A stretch of DNA of 55,827 nt, taken from assembly GCA_016197305.1 (NCBI GenBank), contig JACPVZ010000043.1, positions 1-55,827 on the forward strand. Direction: 5' to 3'. The position numbers and the translations under genes are program-made. Each line of letters starts with the position of its first letter. Position 1 is the stretch's first letter. Shown one piece after another: positions 42,230 to 53,500 of the stretch. Below the pieces are notes generated by a model, which ran no database searches, had not been told where the DNA came from, and saw only the letters and a list, made by a program, of their open reading frames with translations. Origin of the DNA: Nitrosomonadales bacterium. Its GTDB lineage: Bacteria > Pseudomonadota > Gammaproteobacteria > Burkholderiales > Gallionellaceae.

Positions 42230-43543
42230 TCACGTATGCCGGTAGCTCGGTCTCTTCGATGAAATTTCTTCATCAAAAAATTCGCGGAAGGTGATGACGT
42301 TGGTCTTGCCGCTGTAGCACGTCTCTTTCGATTTTTTCAGGGACTCGGGAACTACCAGATGGATGCCCTGATCGCTCATGTCATCAATTGCAGCCGCAGA
42401 GACGCGGTCATCGACGGTTGCCAAGAACAGCGCACAGTTAAATTTTTCCATCGCCACCTGTTTCCAGCGCTCGCGCAGCGTGGTTTTTGCCGAAAGCACC
42501 AGCGCTTCCTCGAACGCCCTTTTTTTGGCCCTCAGCACCACAAGGCTGGGCAGCACAAAATCGGGACGGCGACCTCCTGTTACCGCCTGCTCTTCAAAAG
42601 CAATCTTGCCATCGCGGAGCAGCCTTGCGATGTGCTGCTCAAACGAGCGGCCTGCGCGTGATTTTCGGTGCTGGCTGGCGCTCAGGAAAGTTGCGTCCAA
42701 ATCGGGGAAGCCGCGCACAACCGAAGAAACAATATCTGTTCCACCGCTGGTGATAATTCGGATTACCTCGGCAGCGCGGTAGCGCCGCTCCGCGCGCTTA
42801 TAAAGCGAATACTCGATGTCCCGGCTAATCTTCATGATGGCATCGCCAGGGTTTGGCATTTCGTATGGACTCAAATCGCCGAGCTGTTGTTGCTGTAGAA
42901 AAACACGCTGAGCTTCTGCCGCCAATATTTCCGGTGCTGGCATCTTTGAAACAGTGGCTATGAAGGCTGCTAAAGATCCTTTTTTGAGTGCGGCACTCAA
43001 TTCATCCACCAGTTGTTCGGTTTCATCTTTTTGGATTTGCAGTGCTTCAGCCGGATCAAAGAGCCCGTAGTGGAAGTCGGCTCTCAGGTCAAACATCGCC
43101 TCCAGCAGTTCTACCTCCTCGGAAGCCGAGTCAACAATCATGAACCAGTGTTGAATTTCATCGACTGGTTCGCGCAGAATGCCGCCTATCATCAATGATG
43201 CAGGTGTAAGCCCGGCAAACTCACCTTTTGGCACACCCGTAAAATGCATCTCCGGGCCCTTGTTCGAGTAATGCTTTAAATTCGATGTCTTGATTTCACC
43301 TGTTGCTGGCCAAATATTTTTGAGCTGCGATTCGAAAATATGGGGCTTGTTCGGATTGATGTTTTTGAGTTGTGGAAAGAAACCAGACTCCCGTATGGCA
43401 TGTGGGATATACACGCCGTTTTGGTGCCCATTCTTGCTGCCGTCAGCCCAGCCACAATCATTTCTGGAAAGCTTTTTAATTAGCAACTGGCGGCTTTTGC
43501 CTATCCATTCTTGAATGTCACTCCACTGATTGGCAATTGTCAT
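42230..43543 (-). CDS. EcoRII-like type IIE restriction endonuclease
   Basis: N-terminal IKKLSRND..GHQNGVYIP resembles the EcoRII effector domain; C-terminal RKSRAGRSFE..PDF..SAKTTLRERWKQ resembles the EcoRII catalytic domain. Confidence 0.85.
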   Translation of the reverse strand: MTIANQWSDIQEWIGKSRQLLIKKLSRNDCGWADGSKNGHQNGVYIPHAIRESGFFPQLKNINPNKPHIFESQLKNIWPATGEIKTSNLKHYSNKGPEMHFTGVPKGEFAGLTPASLMIGGILREPVDEIQHWFMIVDSASEEVELLEAMFDLRADFHYGLFDPAEALQIQKDETEQLVDELSAALKKGSLAAFIATVSKMPAPEILAAEAQRVFLQQQQLGDLSPYEMPNPGDAIMKISRDIEYSLYKRAERRYRAAEVIRIITSGGTDIVSSVVRGFPDLDATFLSASQHRKSRAGRSFEQHIARLLRDGKIAFEEQAVTGGRRPDFVLPSLVVLRAKKRAFEEALVLSAKTTLRERWKQVAMEKFNCALFLATVDDRVSAAAIDDMSDQGIHLVVPESLKKSKETCYSGKTNVITFREFFDEEISSKRPSYRHT

Positions 43544-43578
43544 TTAACGTCCTCGGGTATTTCCGAAAAAGCAAACCA

Positions 43579-43860
43579 TCATGCATCAAGCTGGTTACCG
43601 AAAGCCTTCATGAAAATCGGATATGCAGCTTCAATCATTTTTTCGTGCCCCAATTTTTCATCAAGCTTGTTTAGCACGAAGCGCAATTCGTTTACCTCGT
43701 CAGTTGAAAACATCCGCTCGCCGCTTGAGATGCAAATAATATCGGCAGGATCATCCTCGGGATGGAAAAGAAGCTTGCTGCATTGCATCTCCGAGAACCA
43801 CAACAATGCGCCATCAAAAGTTGTGTCGTGAAGTTTCGGAATACGTGACTGTGTGTTCAT
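43579..43860 (-). CDS. Small acidic hypothetical protein inside the R-M operon (93 aa)
   Basis: AAAGGAG RBS, co-oriented with the M and R genes, LLFHPEDDPADII motif. Confidence 0.75.
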   Translation of the reverse strand: MNTQSRIPKLHDTTFDGALLWFSEMQCSKLLFHPEDDPADIICISSGERMFSTDEVNELRFVLNKLDEKLGHEKMIEAAYPIFMKAFGNQLDA

Positions 43861-43870
43861 GATTTCTCCT

Positions 43871-45145
43871 TTAACGGGTTGCATAACGAAGGGGAGTTTT
43901 AGTTTCCAAGATACCAGGTTCCAGCATTGGTTGCATCAACTTTGCTACATGAGCCATAACATCAACAACAACAGAATTTCCAAATTGTTTGTAAGCGCGA
44001 GTATCCGACACCGGAATCCTGAACGTGTCGGGATAGCCCATCAGCCGCGCACATTCTCTGGGCGTGAGTCGGCGCGGGTTTTTGCGCGTGCCCTGATACA
44101 CGAGGATTTCCGAGCCGTCCTTGTAGTAGCGCGCCGATAAAGTGCGGGCAACGTCTGTGGGTTTGACCAAGCCAAAACCGAAGCCGTTGCCCTTGAGGCG
44201 GTGCTTCTCGGCATAGTTCTGCAAGTACAGCCAGAGATTGTCGGTGAGGGTGTATTTGTCCTGCACTTTCTTTTTCTTGTGGTCGAAGAATCTTCCCTCG
44301 TCCCACTGCAAGACCGACTCGCTGCCGTCGGTGCGGTGCAGGATGTCCTTGAGTGTATGTGCGCCCTTCGGTGGCAGCGGCAGCGCGTCGAAATCGAAGG
44401 CGACCGGCTCGCGGAAGCCTGCGATAAGGATACGCTCGCGGTGTTGCGGGACGAAGTGCGCGCCGTCTATGACACGGTAGTGGATGTGGTAGCCGAGGTC
44501 GTGGGTCAGGGTGCGGCGGATGACGTCGAAGGTGCGGCCTTTGTCGTGCGAGACGAGGTTCTTGACGTTCTCCAGCAGGAAGGCGCGCGGGCGTTTTGCC
44601 TCGATGATGCGCGCCACGTCGAAGAACAGCGTGCCCTGTGTTTCGCAGGCGAAACCGTGCTTCTTGCCCAGCGCGTTTTTCTTCGACACTCCGGCAATCG
44701 AAAATGGCTGACAGGGGAAACCGGCCAGCAGCACGTCGTGATCGGGAATGTCGGCGGCATCCACTTGGGTGATGTCTCCGGCGATGGGATGACGGTCGCG
44801 GAAATTTTCCGCGTAAGTTTTTTGCGCGTAGCTGTCCCATTCGCTGGTGAACACGCAGCGCCCGCCTATGCCCTCGAACGCCTTGCGAATGCCGCCGATG
44901 CCCGCGAACAGGTCGATGAAATCAAATGCGCCTGCGGGACTTTCTTCCCCGAACGGCAGCAGTTGCTGCAGAGCGTGCGCGAGGTAGGCGGGCGGGTTGG
45001 TTTGCCGCGCTTCCCATCGGCTGACAGTGCGGACACCTACGCCGAGATGCTTGGCGATGGCGGCTTGAGTATGGTGTTTGCGGGCTTCGGCGAGATAGGC
45101 CAGCGCGGCATCTTGGTCGCTGACTAGGGTTAAGGCGGCATTCAT
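43871..45145 (-). CDS. dcm: C5-cytosine DNA methyltransferase (Dcm/M.EcoRII type) with N-terminal HTH
   Basis: [50 protein letters not shown]; [23 protein letters not shown]. Confidence 0.92.
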   Translation of the reverse strand: MNAALTLVSDQDAALAYLAEARKHHTQAAIAKHLGVGVRTVSRWEARQTNPPAYLAHALQQLLPFGEESPAGAFDFIDLFAGIGGIRKAFEGIGGRCVFTSEWDSYAQKTYAENFRDRHPIAGDITQVDAADIPDHDVLLAGFPCQPFSIAGVSKKNALGKKHGFACETQGTLFFDVARIIEAKRPRAFLLENVKNLVSHDKGRTFDVIRRTLTHDLGYHIHYRVIDGAHFVPQHRERILIAGFREPVAFDFDALPLPPKGAHTLKDILHRTDGSESVLQWDEGRFFDHKKKKVQDKYTLTDNLWLYLQNYAEKHRLKGNGFGFGLVKPTDVARTLSARYYKDGSEILVYQGTRKNPRRLTPRECARLMGYPDTFRIPVSDTRAYKQFGNSVVVDVMAHVAKLMQPMLEPGILETKTPLRYATR

Positions 45146-45155
45146 GGCGATTTAT

Positions 45156-45215
45156 TGTCCGAAAAAGTATCTGGGAATTTTTGCGGACAGTATGTCATTT
45201 TTTATTCCCAGTCAA
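45156..45215 (-). promoter_or_regulatory. sigma70 promoter of the methylase operon with overlapping inverted repeats (candidate operator)
   Basis: Minus strand TTGACT-N17-TACTGT (45215-45187); GGACA-GTA-TGTCA at 45185-45197; TGTCCGAAAAA..TTTTTGCGGACA at 45156-45189. Confidence 0.6.
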
Positions 45216-45242
45216 GATTTGGCTATCTATCACATACCTTAC

Positions 45243-46703
45243 TTACTTCCCCTGCAACATCCGCAAACCCCAGCCCACGCCGAACCCGGTCACGTCGCCC
45301 GCCACGCTGCCCAGCCCGCCCTCGCAGCGGCTGGCGGACAGGTCCACATGCAGCCACGGCACGTCGTGTTCGATGAAACGCTTCAGGAAGCGCGCCGCGA
45401 GGATGTGGTCGGCTTCACCATCCAGCGTGCATTGCTTGATGTCGGCGACCTTGGAATCCAGCGCGGGCTCGTAGTCATCGTCCATCGGGAAGGCACACAG
45501 CCGCTCGCCGCTTTGCTGCCCGGCCGCCACGGCCTGTTGCAGCAATGCATCGCGGTTGCCCAATATCCCTGAATAGCGCGCGCCCAGCGCCACCGCCATG
45601 CTGCCGGTGAGGGTGGCGAAGTCGATCAGCAGGTTTGGCTTCTCGCGCGAGGCGAGTGTAAGCGTGTCGGCCAGCACCATGCGGCCTTCGGCATCGGTGT
45701 GCATTACTTCGATGGTAGTGCCGTTCAGCGCCTTGACGATGTCGTTCTGCTTGTAGGCTTTCGGGCTGATGTGGTTCTGCGCGATCGCCAGCCAGCAGTC
45801 GATATTGACCGGCAGCTTCTGTTGCGTCGCGGCGAGCAGAATGCCGAGCGCGACTGCCGAACCGTTCATGTCCTCGTGCATGCCGTGCATGTAGCGCGCG
45901 GGCTTGAGGTTGTGGCCGCCGGTGTCGAAGCAGATGCCCTTGCCGACCAGCGCCACGGTCTGTTTCGCCTTCGGGTGCTTATAGGTCAGATGTACGATCG
46001 CGGCATCTTCGTCATGGCTGCCCTGCGCCACCGCGACGAACGCGCCCGCGCCCATCTTGCGCAGCGCCTTCAGGTCGAATTCCCTGAGTTGCCAGCCGTT
46101 CTGTTTGGCGAGTTCCTTGACGCGCTTGCGGTACAGGCCGGGCGTGAGCTCATTGGGCGGCTGCACGGTCAGCGTGCGGCACAGCAGATTGCCTTCGGCC
46201 TGTGCCTTGAGCGCGTCGAATATTTTCTTGTCGGAACAACCGTACAGCGCGATCTTTTGCAGCGGCTTGCGCTGGTCGGATTTTTTCTTGTGCAGCGGCA
46301 GCGGCGCGCCGTTGATCCATGCCGCATATACCGCCGCCTCGGCGGCCTGTTGGCGCTGCGCATCGTCGCCCTGCACGACGATGGTCACGCCGACCGGTTG
46401 TTCGTCCAGCAGCAACTGCATCGCCTTGCGCGCCTGGGTCTGCACCGCGAAATTGGTCTTGCCGAAATCCACCATCGCCCAGGCGATCAAGCTGCCGTCG
46501 GCGGCATTGGCGGCAACCGGCGTGTTGGCGAATTCCTCCACCTTGATGTCGCGGCGCTTAAGCACGGCGGCAAGCAGGTCGCGGTGCGGGATATCCCTGG
46601 GCAGTGCCTTGCTCTTCGGCACCAGCACCAGCAGGTGGGATGCCTTCGGGGCTGATTTCTGTGTCTGCGGCAGGGTCGGTGTGGCGATCAATTGTGCTAG
46701 CAT
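45243..46703 (-). CDS. M17 leucyl aminopeptidase family protein
   Basis: [40 protein letters not shown]. Confidence 0.9.
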   Translation of the reverse strand: MLAQLIATPTLPQTQKSAPKASHLLVLVPKSKALPRDIPHRDLLAAVLKRRDIKVEEFANTPVAANAADGSLIAWAMVDFGKTNFAVQTQARKAMQLLLDEQPVGVTIVVQGDDAQRQQAAEAAVYAAWINGAPLPLHKKKSDQRKPLQKIALYGCSDKKIFDALKAQAEGNLLCRTLTVQPPNELTPGLYRKRVKELAKQNGWQLREFDLKALRKMGAGAFVAVAQGSHDEDAAIVHLTYKHPKAKQTVALVGKGICFDTGGHNLKPARYMHGMHEDMNGSAVALGILLAATQQKLPVNIDCWLAIAQNHISPKAYKQNDIVKALNGTTIEVMHTDAEGRMVLADTLTLASREKPNLLIDFATLTGSMAVALGARYSGILGNRDALLQQAVAAGQQSGERLCAFPMDDDYEPALDSKVADIKQCTLDGEADHILAARFLKRFIEHDVPWLHVDLSASRCEGGLGSVAGDVTGFGVGWGLRMLQGK

Positions 46704-46760
46704 TACGTCCTCGGAAGTCACTCAATGCCGCGATTATACGGGCAATCAACACCAGAAATT

Positions 46761-47551
<791 letters not shown>

Positions 47552-47555
<4 letters not shown>

Positions 47556-48040
47556 CCACGATCTCCATCATCGTCGCGATGTCGAAAAATCGCACCATCG
47601 GCGTGAACAACACCCTGCCCTGGCATATCCCCGCCGACCTGCAGCGCTTCAAACAGCTGACGATGGGGCAGCACATCATCATGGGGCGCAAGACCGACTA
47701 TTCGATCGGCAAGCCGTTGCCGGGGCGCACCAGCGTGGTCGTGTCGCGCGACCGTGCGTTGAGATTGGCCGGGTGCACCGTCGTGCATTCGTTGCCGTTG
47801 GCGATTGCAGCCTGTGCGCGTGATCTGCAGACTTTCGTGATCGGCGGCGCGGACATCTATGCCCAGACGCTGGATCTGGCCGAGACGCTGTATGTCACCG
47901 AAATTCAAAAGGACGTAATCGGGGACGCGGCGTTCCCGGAGATCGACACTTCCGCATGGCAGGAGGTATCGCGCGAGATACATTATCAAGAGATGCCCGA
48001 AGCGCTGGAATACCACTTCGTCACCTATCGCCGCAAATAA
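47552..48040 (+). CDS. folA: Dihydrofolate reductase
   Basis: [35 protein letters not shown]; ATG overlaps thyA stop. Confidence 0.95.
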
Positions 48041-48049
48041 CGTCCGCCG

Positions 48050-49126
48050 ATGAAATATCTCAAGTCGGAATTCCCCATTGCGATCGCGCTGATCGTGCTC
48101 GCGCTCGGTTTCGTGCTCGAACACAGTGCTGCCGAACATGGCGGCATGATGCTGTGGGGACTGTTGCTGATTATCCTCGCCGCGATCATCGGTGTCGCGT
48201 TCCGCATCGCCCATCATGCCGAAGTGCTGGCCATGCGCTTCGGCGAGCCCTATGGCACACTGATCCTCACACTCGCGGCGGTTTCGGTGGAGGTGGTGAT
48301 CCTGGTGGTGGTGCTGATGGGCGAACCGAACCCGACACTGGCGCGCGACACGGTGTTCGCCGCGGTGATGTTCGACATCAACGGAATCCTCGGCCTGGCC
48401 GCCATCGTCGGCGGACTGAAACACGGCAGCAGCAAGTACAACGTGGATTCGGCCAACTCTTTCATCGCGATGCTGCTGGTCGCGATCGGCATCGGCATGT
48501 TCATTCCGGATTTCGTGCCGGAAGCGCAATGGCAGATCTACTCGGTCTTTTCCATCGGCATCATGGCGATCATGTATCTGGCCTTCCTGCGCTTGCAGAC
48601 GGTGGAGCACCGCAAGTTTTTCGAGTATTCCGCCGAGACCGACGAAGAAGCGCACGATGCGGCGCATAGCCCGAATGCGCTGCACGTCGGAGCGATGCTG
48701 GGCGCAATCGTGCTGGTCGGACTACTCTCGGAGGTGCTGTCGGTGCTGCTGGACGCCGGGCTCTCCGGCAGCAGCCTGCCGAAAGCGATTCCCGCCGTGC
48801 TGGTGGCGCTGATCTCCGCCAGCCCGGAGATTCTCACCGCACTCCGGGCCGCACAACAGGACCGCATGCAAACCACGGTGAACATCGCGCTGGGCGCCTC
48901 ATTGGCCACCGTGCTGCTGACGCTGCCGGTGATCGAAACGATTGCACTGTTCAGCGGTGATCGCATCGAGATGGCGCTGACCCCGCTGCAAGCCGGGATG
49001 TTATTGCTCACCTTCATGACGGTGATGAACAACCTGCACGACGGCGAGACCAATGCCATCGAAGGCATCAGCCACTTCGCGTTGTTCGCAGCGTTTATCG
49101 CGCTGGTGACGATGGGGCTGATTTAG
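48050..49126 (+). CDS. chaA: Ca2+(Na+)/H+ antiporter, ChaA/CaCA family
   Basis: HHAEVLA..GEPYGTLILTLA..EV, LARDT, SPE..ALRAA, NIALGASLAT; many TM segments. Confidence 0.85.
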   Translation: MKYLKSEFPIAIALIVLALGFVLEHSAAEHGGMMLWGLLLIILAAIIGVAFRIAHHAEVLAMRFGEPYGTLILTLAAVSVEVVILVVVLMGEPNPTLARDTVFAAVMFDINGILGLAAIVGGLKHGSSKYNVDSANSFIAMLLVAIGIGMFIPDFVPEAQWQIYSVFSIGIMAIMYLAFLRLQTVEHRKFFEYSAETDEEAHDAAHSPNALHVGAMLGAIVLVGLLSEVLSVLLDAGLSGSSLPKAIPAVLVALISASPEILTALRAAQQDRMQTTVNIALGASLATVLLTLPVIETIALFSGDRIEMALTPLQAGMLLLTFMTVMNNLHDGETNAIEGISHFALFAAFIALVTMGLI

Positions 49127-49191
49127 AGCGCAAGTCATGCGGCGCGGCACAACGGGTGCCGGACCGCCGCTTCATGCAAGCCGCCCGGAAA

Positions 49192-50427
49192 TCACACGCG
49201 GCAATCCCGCCCGATTATCAGGCGCTCCTGACAAAGCCGCTCTTGCCACCTTTCGAGCCAGCCGGGCACGTCCTCGGCAGGCATCGGCTCCGCGATGAAA
49301 CTGCCCTGAGCAAAATCACAGCCTGTCAGGCGCAACATGTCCCAGTCCGCAATATCTTCGACACCCACTGCGGCGACTTGCAGCTTCAGCTGCCTGGCGA
49401 CAGCCAGATTTGCGTCAAATTTCGCCTTCACCCTGGTATCGGTCGAAAGGCCGTGCACCAGACTCCTGTCGACCTTCAGCTCATCGACGGGCAGGCCGGT
49501 CAATTGCATCAGTGAAGAATAGCCGGTGCCGAACTCGTCGATCGACAGCCTGAAACGCTTCAAGTGCAATCGCGTCAGCGTTTCCAGCGGCGCGCGCAGA
49601 TCGTGCATCGGCAGCCAGCCTTCCGCCACCTCCAGCATCACGTTCTGCGGATCCATGCCGGATGCAGCGGTGAGCCTGCCCACCGTATCGGCGAATTCCA
49701 GTGAATCCAGGTTGTGCACCGAAACGTTGACCGCCAGCTGCAGCGCCAGCCCCTTGTCCGCCCAGGATTTGGCATGAGACAGCGCGTTTTCCAGCACCAC
49801 GTCCGTCAGGTCGTGTATCAGCCCGAATGATTCGGCCACGCCGAGAAACTTGCGGGGATACACCATGCCATCCTGGGGATTATGCCAGCGCGCCAGCGAT
49901 TCCATCCCCACCACTTCACCGCTGGACAGCGACACCTTGGGCTGGTAGTAATTGATCAGTTCGCCGTTGGCGATCGCGGCACGCAACTCGTCTGCACTAT
50001 GAGCCTCCTTGCTGGATCGCTGGCTGCTCTGGCGCGACAACGGGAATTTCTTCAGCAGCTCTGCCAGGCCTTCCGCAGTCACCGGTTTACGCAGCCTTCC
50101 CAGCACCGGGATTTTATGCGCACGCACCAATCTTTCGCTGGCCAGCAGCAACTGTTCATCCTCGCCGCTCATCAGAATCAGGCTGCCGGCATAGCGGTGT
50201 TCGACCAAGTGGCGAACAAACTCCACGCCATCCATGCCGGGCATGTTCAAATCCAGCAGGATCAGCTCGGGACGCTCTCTTGGATTGTCGACCAGTTCCA
50301 GTGCCGCACGTCCGTTGTCGCGCGTCACGACGGATGTACCCCCCTCCCGTTCCAGCAGATGCTGAACCAGGTTGAGGATGAAGGTGTCATCATCCAGCAC
50401 CAGTATTCTATTTTTGAATGCGTTCAT
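49192..50427 (-). CDS. Response regulator REC-EAL (RocR-like) with a degenerate EAL domain
   Basis: ILVLDD..LLDLNMPGMDG..KP receiver; YYQPKV, ESLARW, IDEFGTGYSS, ELKVD, AVGVED, AQG. Confidence 0.9.
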   Translation of the reverse strand: MNAFKNRILVLDDDTFILNLVQHLLEREGGTSVVTRDNGRAALELVDNPRERPELILLDLNMPGMDGVEFVRHLVEHRYAGSLILMSGEDEQLLLASERLVRAHKIPVLGRLRKPVTAEGLAELLKKFPLSRQSSQRSSKEAHSADELRAAIANGELINYYQPKVSLSSGEVVGMESLARWHNPQDGMVYPRKFLGVAESFGLIHDLTDVVLENALSHAKSWADKGLALQLAVNVSVHNLDSLEFADTVGRLTAASGMDPQNVMLEVAEGWLPMHDLRAPLETLTRLHLKRFRLSIDEFGTGYSSLMQLTGLPVDELKVDRSLVHGLSTDTRVKAKFDANLAVARQLKLQVAAVGVEDIADWDMLRLTGCDFAQGSFIAEPMPAEDVPGWLERWQERLCQERLIIGRDCRV

Positions 50428-50516
50428 ATTGAACCTACCCCCACCTTGGCCAATGCAGGTGTTAACCCGCATCGATTGTACCTCTAAAGCGGCTCCGGCA
50501 ATCCGCAACAGCAAGC

Positions 50517-53500
50517 CTAATAGTTTTCGATGCGCTGTTTGACGCTGGAAAACTCCTGCTCGAATTTCGGCAACAGCTCGGCCAGCGCCTGGCCATCCCC
50601 GGCCTTGCCAGCCTGCTCGATGGCCGCGCACAAATCCCCCAGCGGCATGGCCCCGACCGAACGTGCCGAAGACTTGAGCTTATGCGCAATGGCGCCCACC
50701 TCGGCGGTATTGCCCGCAGCACAGGCATTGCGCAGCGCTGCCGCGATCCTGACGGCACTGCCGTGAAAATCCGTAAGGAAGCGGCGGATCAGCACGGCAT
50801 CATCCCCCACCAGCCGCTTGAGCACGCTCACATCGAGATGCATCGGATAGGACGATACCGGCATCGTCGTTACGGCGGCCATCCTGCCTTTGCTGGCCGC
50901 ATCGGGCAGCCATTTCTCCAGGATCGCTTTCAGGCTGAACAATTGCACCGGCTTGGTCAGGTAGTCGTCCATCCCCACTGCGCGACAGTGATCCTCCTCG
51001 CCCTTGATCACGTTCGCAGTAAAAGCGATGATCGGAATCCGGCCATGCCCGTTCTCGCTGGTACGTATCGCCGCGGTCAATTCATAACCATCCATCTCGG
51101 GCATATGCAGATCGGCAAGCAGCAGATTGTAATCGCCGCTCTGCCACAGCTTCAGCGCCTCTCGTCCATTGTCGGCAATATCGGCGGTATAGCCGAGCGA
51201 CATCAGCTGCCGTGCGATGACTTTCCGGTTGATATCGTTGTCTTCGGCTACCAGAACCAGGCTGTGTTGACGGCGCGCCTCTTCCCTGGACAGCAACGGC
51301 AAGGTGATTCCATCCTCCTGCGGCATCTCCACAACATCCTGCAGCGCAAAACCCGCGGCCTGCGCCACCGCATCCAGGAAGGCCTGGCGGTTCATCACCT
51401 CGGCATCCAGCTCGACCAAATCCGGCGTGACGCGCTTTTCGCCATAATGCCGGTTGTGCTTGATCACCACGAAGCGCAGCTCCAGGTTTGGCCTGTCCTG
51501 GGATGCCATACGCAGCTCGTCGACAGGAGGCGGCGCACCCGCGGCATCGATCACAATGACGCACAAGCCGGGCGGGTGATGTTCTATCCATGCACGCGCA
51601 GCCGCCGAACTCCTGGCTCGCTCCACCAGGACGCTCGCTCGTTTGAGATAGACGGCGAGATCTTCAGCCAGCCCCTCGCCCAACACCAGGCAAGACAATC
51701 CGGCCAACCTCGATGGCGCTTCCGGCACATCGGGTTGCCCTTGCAACCTTGTAAACGGCAAATGCACGCTGAACAACGCCCCCTCGCCGGGAGCGCTCTG
51801 CAGCGTGATCTGGCCGCCCATCATACCGGCCAACTGCCGTGAAATCGCCAGGCCCAGCCCGGTCCCGCCAAAATCCCTAGTCGCGCCAGAGTCCGCCTGG
51901 GTAAACGGAGTGAACAGCTTTTTCTGGGTCGCCTCGTCTATGCCGATACCATTATCGAGCACGCGAAACTCCAGCGTGACCTGCTGTCCATCATCGGCGA
52001 CCAGCAGGCTGCGCACCGACACCTTGCCCTGATACAGCATGCCGCCGGAAAACTTGATCGCATTATTGGTCAGATTGATCAGTATCTGGCGCAACCGGCC
52101 CGCATCGCCCAGCAGCAGCGCAGGGATCGCGGGATCGGTGAACAGCGTCAACTCCACGCCCCTCCTGACCGCCAGGGCATCCAGCGTCCGGCACACCTCT
52201 TCGACGGTCCCGGCAACCGACATGGCCTCATTCTCGACCTGCAGCTTGCCCGCCTCGATCTTGGAGAAGTCGAGGATATCGTTGATCACGCCCAGCAGGG
52301 AAAAAGCCGAATCATGTATGACACGCACCATCTCCGTCTGAGTACGGTTCAGGTTGCTCTGCTGCAACAGCTCGGTCATGCCGATCACGCCGTTCATCGG
52401 TGTGCGTATCTCATGGCTCACGGTGGCGAGGAATGCCGATTTTGCCTGGTTGGCGCGCTCTGCATCGTGGCGGCTCTGCTCCAGGTCTGCGGTGCGCATC
52501 GCCACTTTCTGCTCAAGCTGCTCATTGAGCTGACGCAATGACTCTTCGATCTGCTTGCGCTCGGTGATATCCGTGATAAACCCGTGCCACAGCACCGATC
52601 CGTCGGCTTCGCGTTGCGGCAACGCATTGCCGAACAGCCAGAGGACTTTGCCATCATTGAACCTGATTCTGGCCTCATGGTGCCACGGCGACAGGTCGCG
52701 TGCCGACACCCTGATGGACTCCAGCGTCGCAGGCAAATCCTCGGGAAGCACCAGCGCAAACACCGGTGCGGCATCCTCGCGCACCTGTTCCGGGCTGACC
52801 CTGAAGATTTCGTGGATTGCATCGCTGGCGAACGGGAAACAGAAGCCGCCATCGGGACGCATGCGGAACTGATAGACCATACCCGGCACACGGCTGGCGA
52901 TTTTCTGCAACCGCTCCAATGCCTCCTGCCAGTTGATCTCCGCTTCCTTGCGCGCAGTGACATCCTGCGCCGTACCGGTCATGCGCACGACTTTTCCGGC
53001 GTCATCAAAGATCACTTCGCCGCAACTATGCACATGGCGCACCGTGCCATCCGGCCACACTACACGATGCTCGAAGTCATATGACTGTCCCTTGAGCATC
53101 GCATGCTGGAGGATACTTTCCACCTTGGCCAGGTCGTCTGGGTGTATCCCTTTGCGGAAAAGCGCATAGCTGGGCGTGACGCTTTGCGGCTCCAGACCCC
53201 AGATACGGAAGTACTCATCGGACCAGAGCAATTTCGCCGACTGCGCGCTCCAGACCGAACTGCCCAGATGGGCGACCTGCTGCGCCTGCCGCAAACGCTC
53301 TTCGCTCTGCCCCAGCACCCGTTCGCGATTCACCGCCTCGATGCGCAGCTGGATGATCTCGTTAAAACTGGCGCCCACGCGCGCAGCATTCGCGACAATG
53401 GCGAACATATACAGCAAGCCCATCGTGCCCATGGCCAGTGGAATGGCTCCGCCTTCCGCCCAGAAACAGACGATCAGCGGCAGCAGCGTCGGCACGATAA

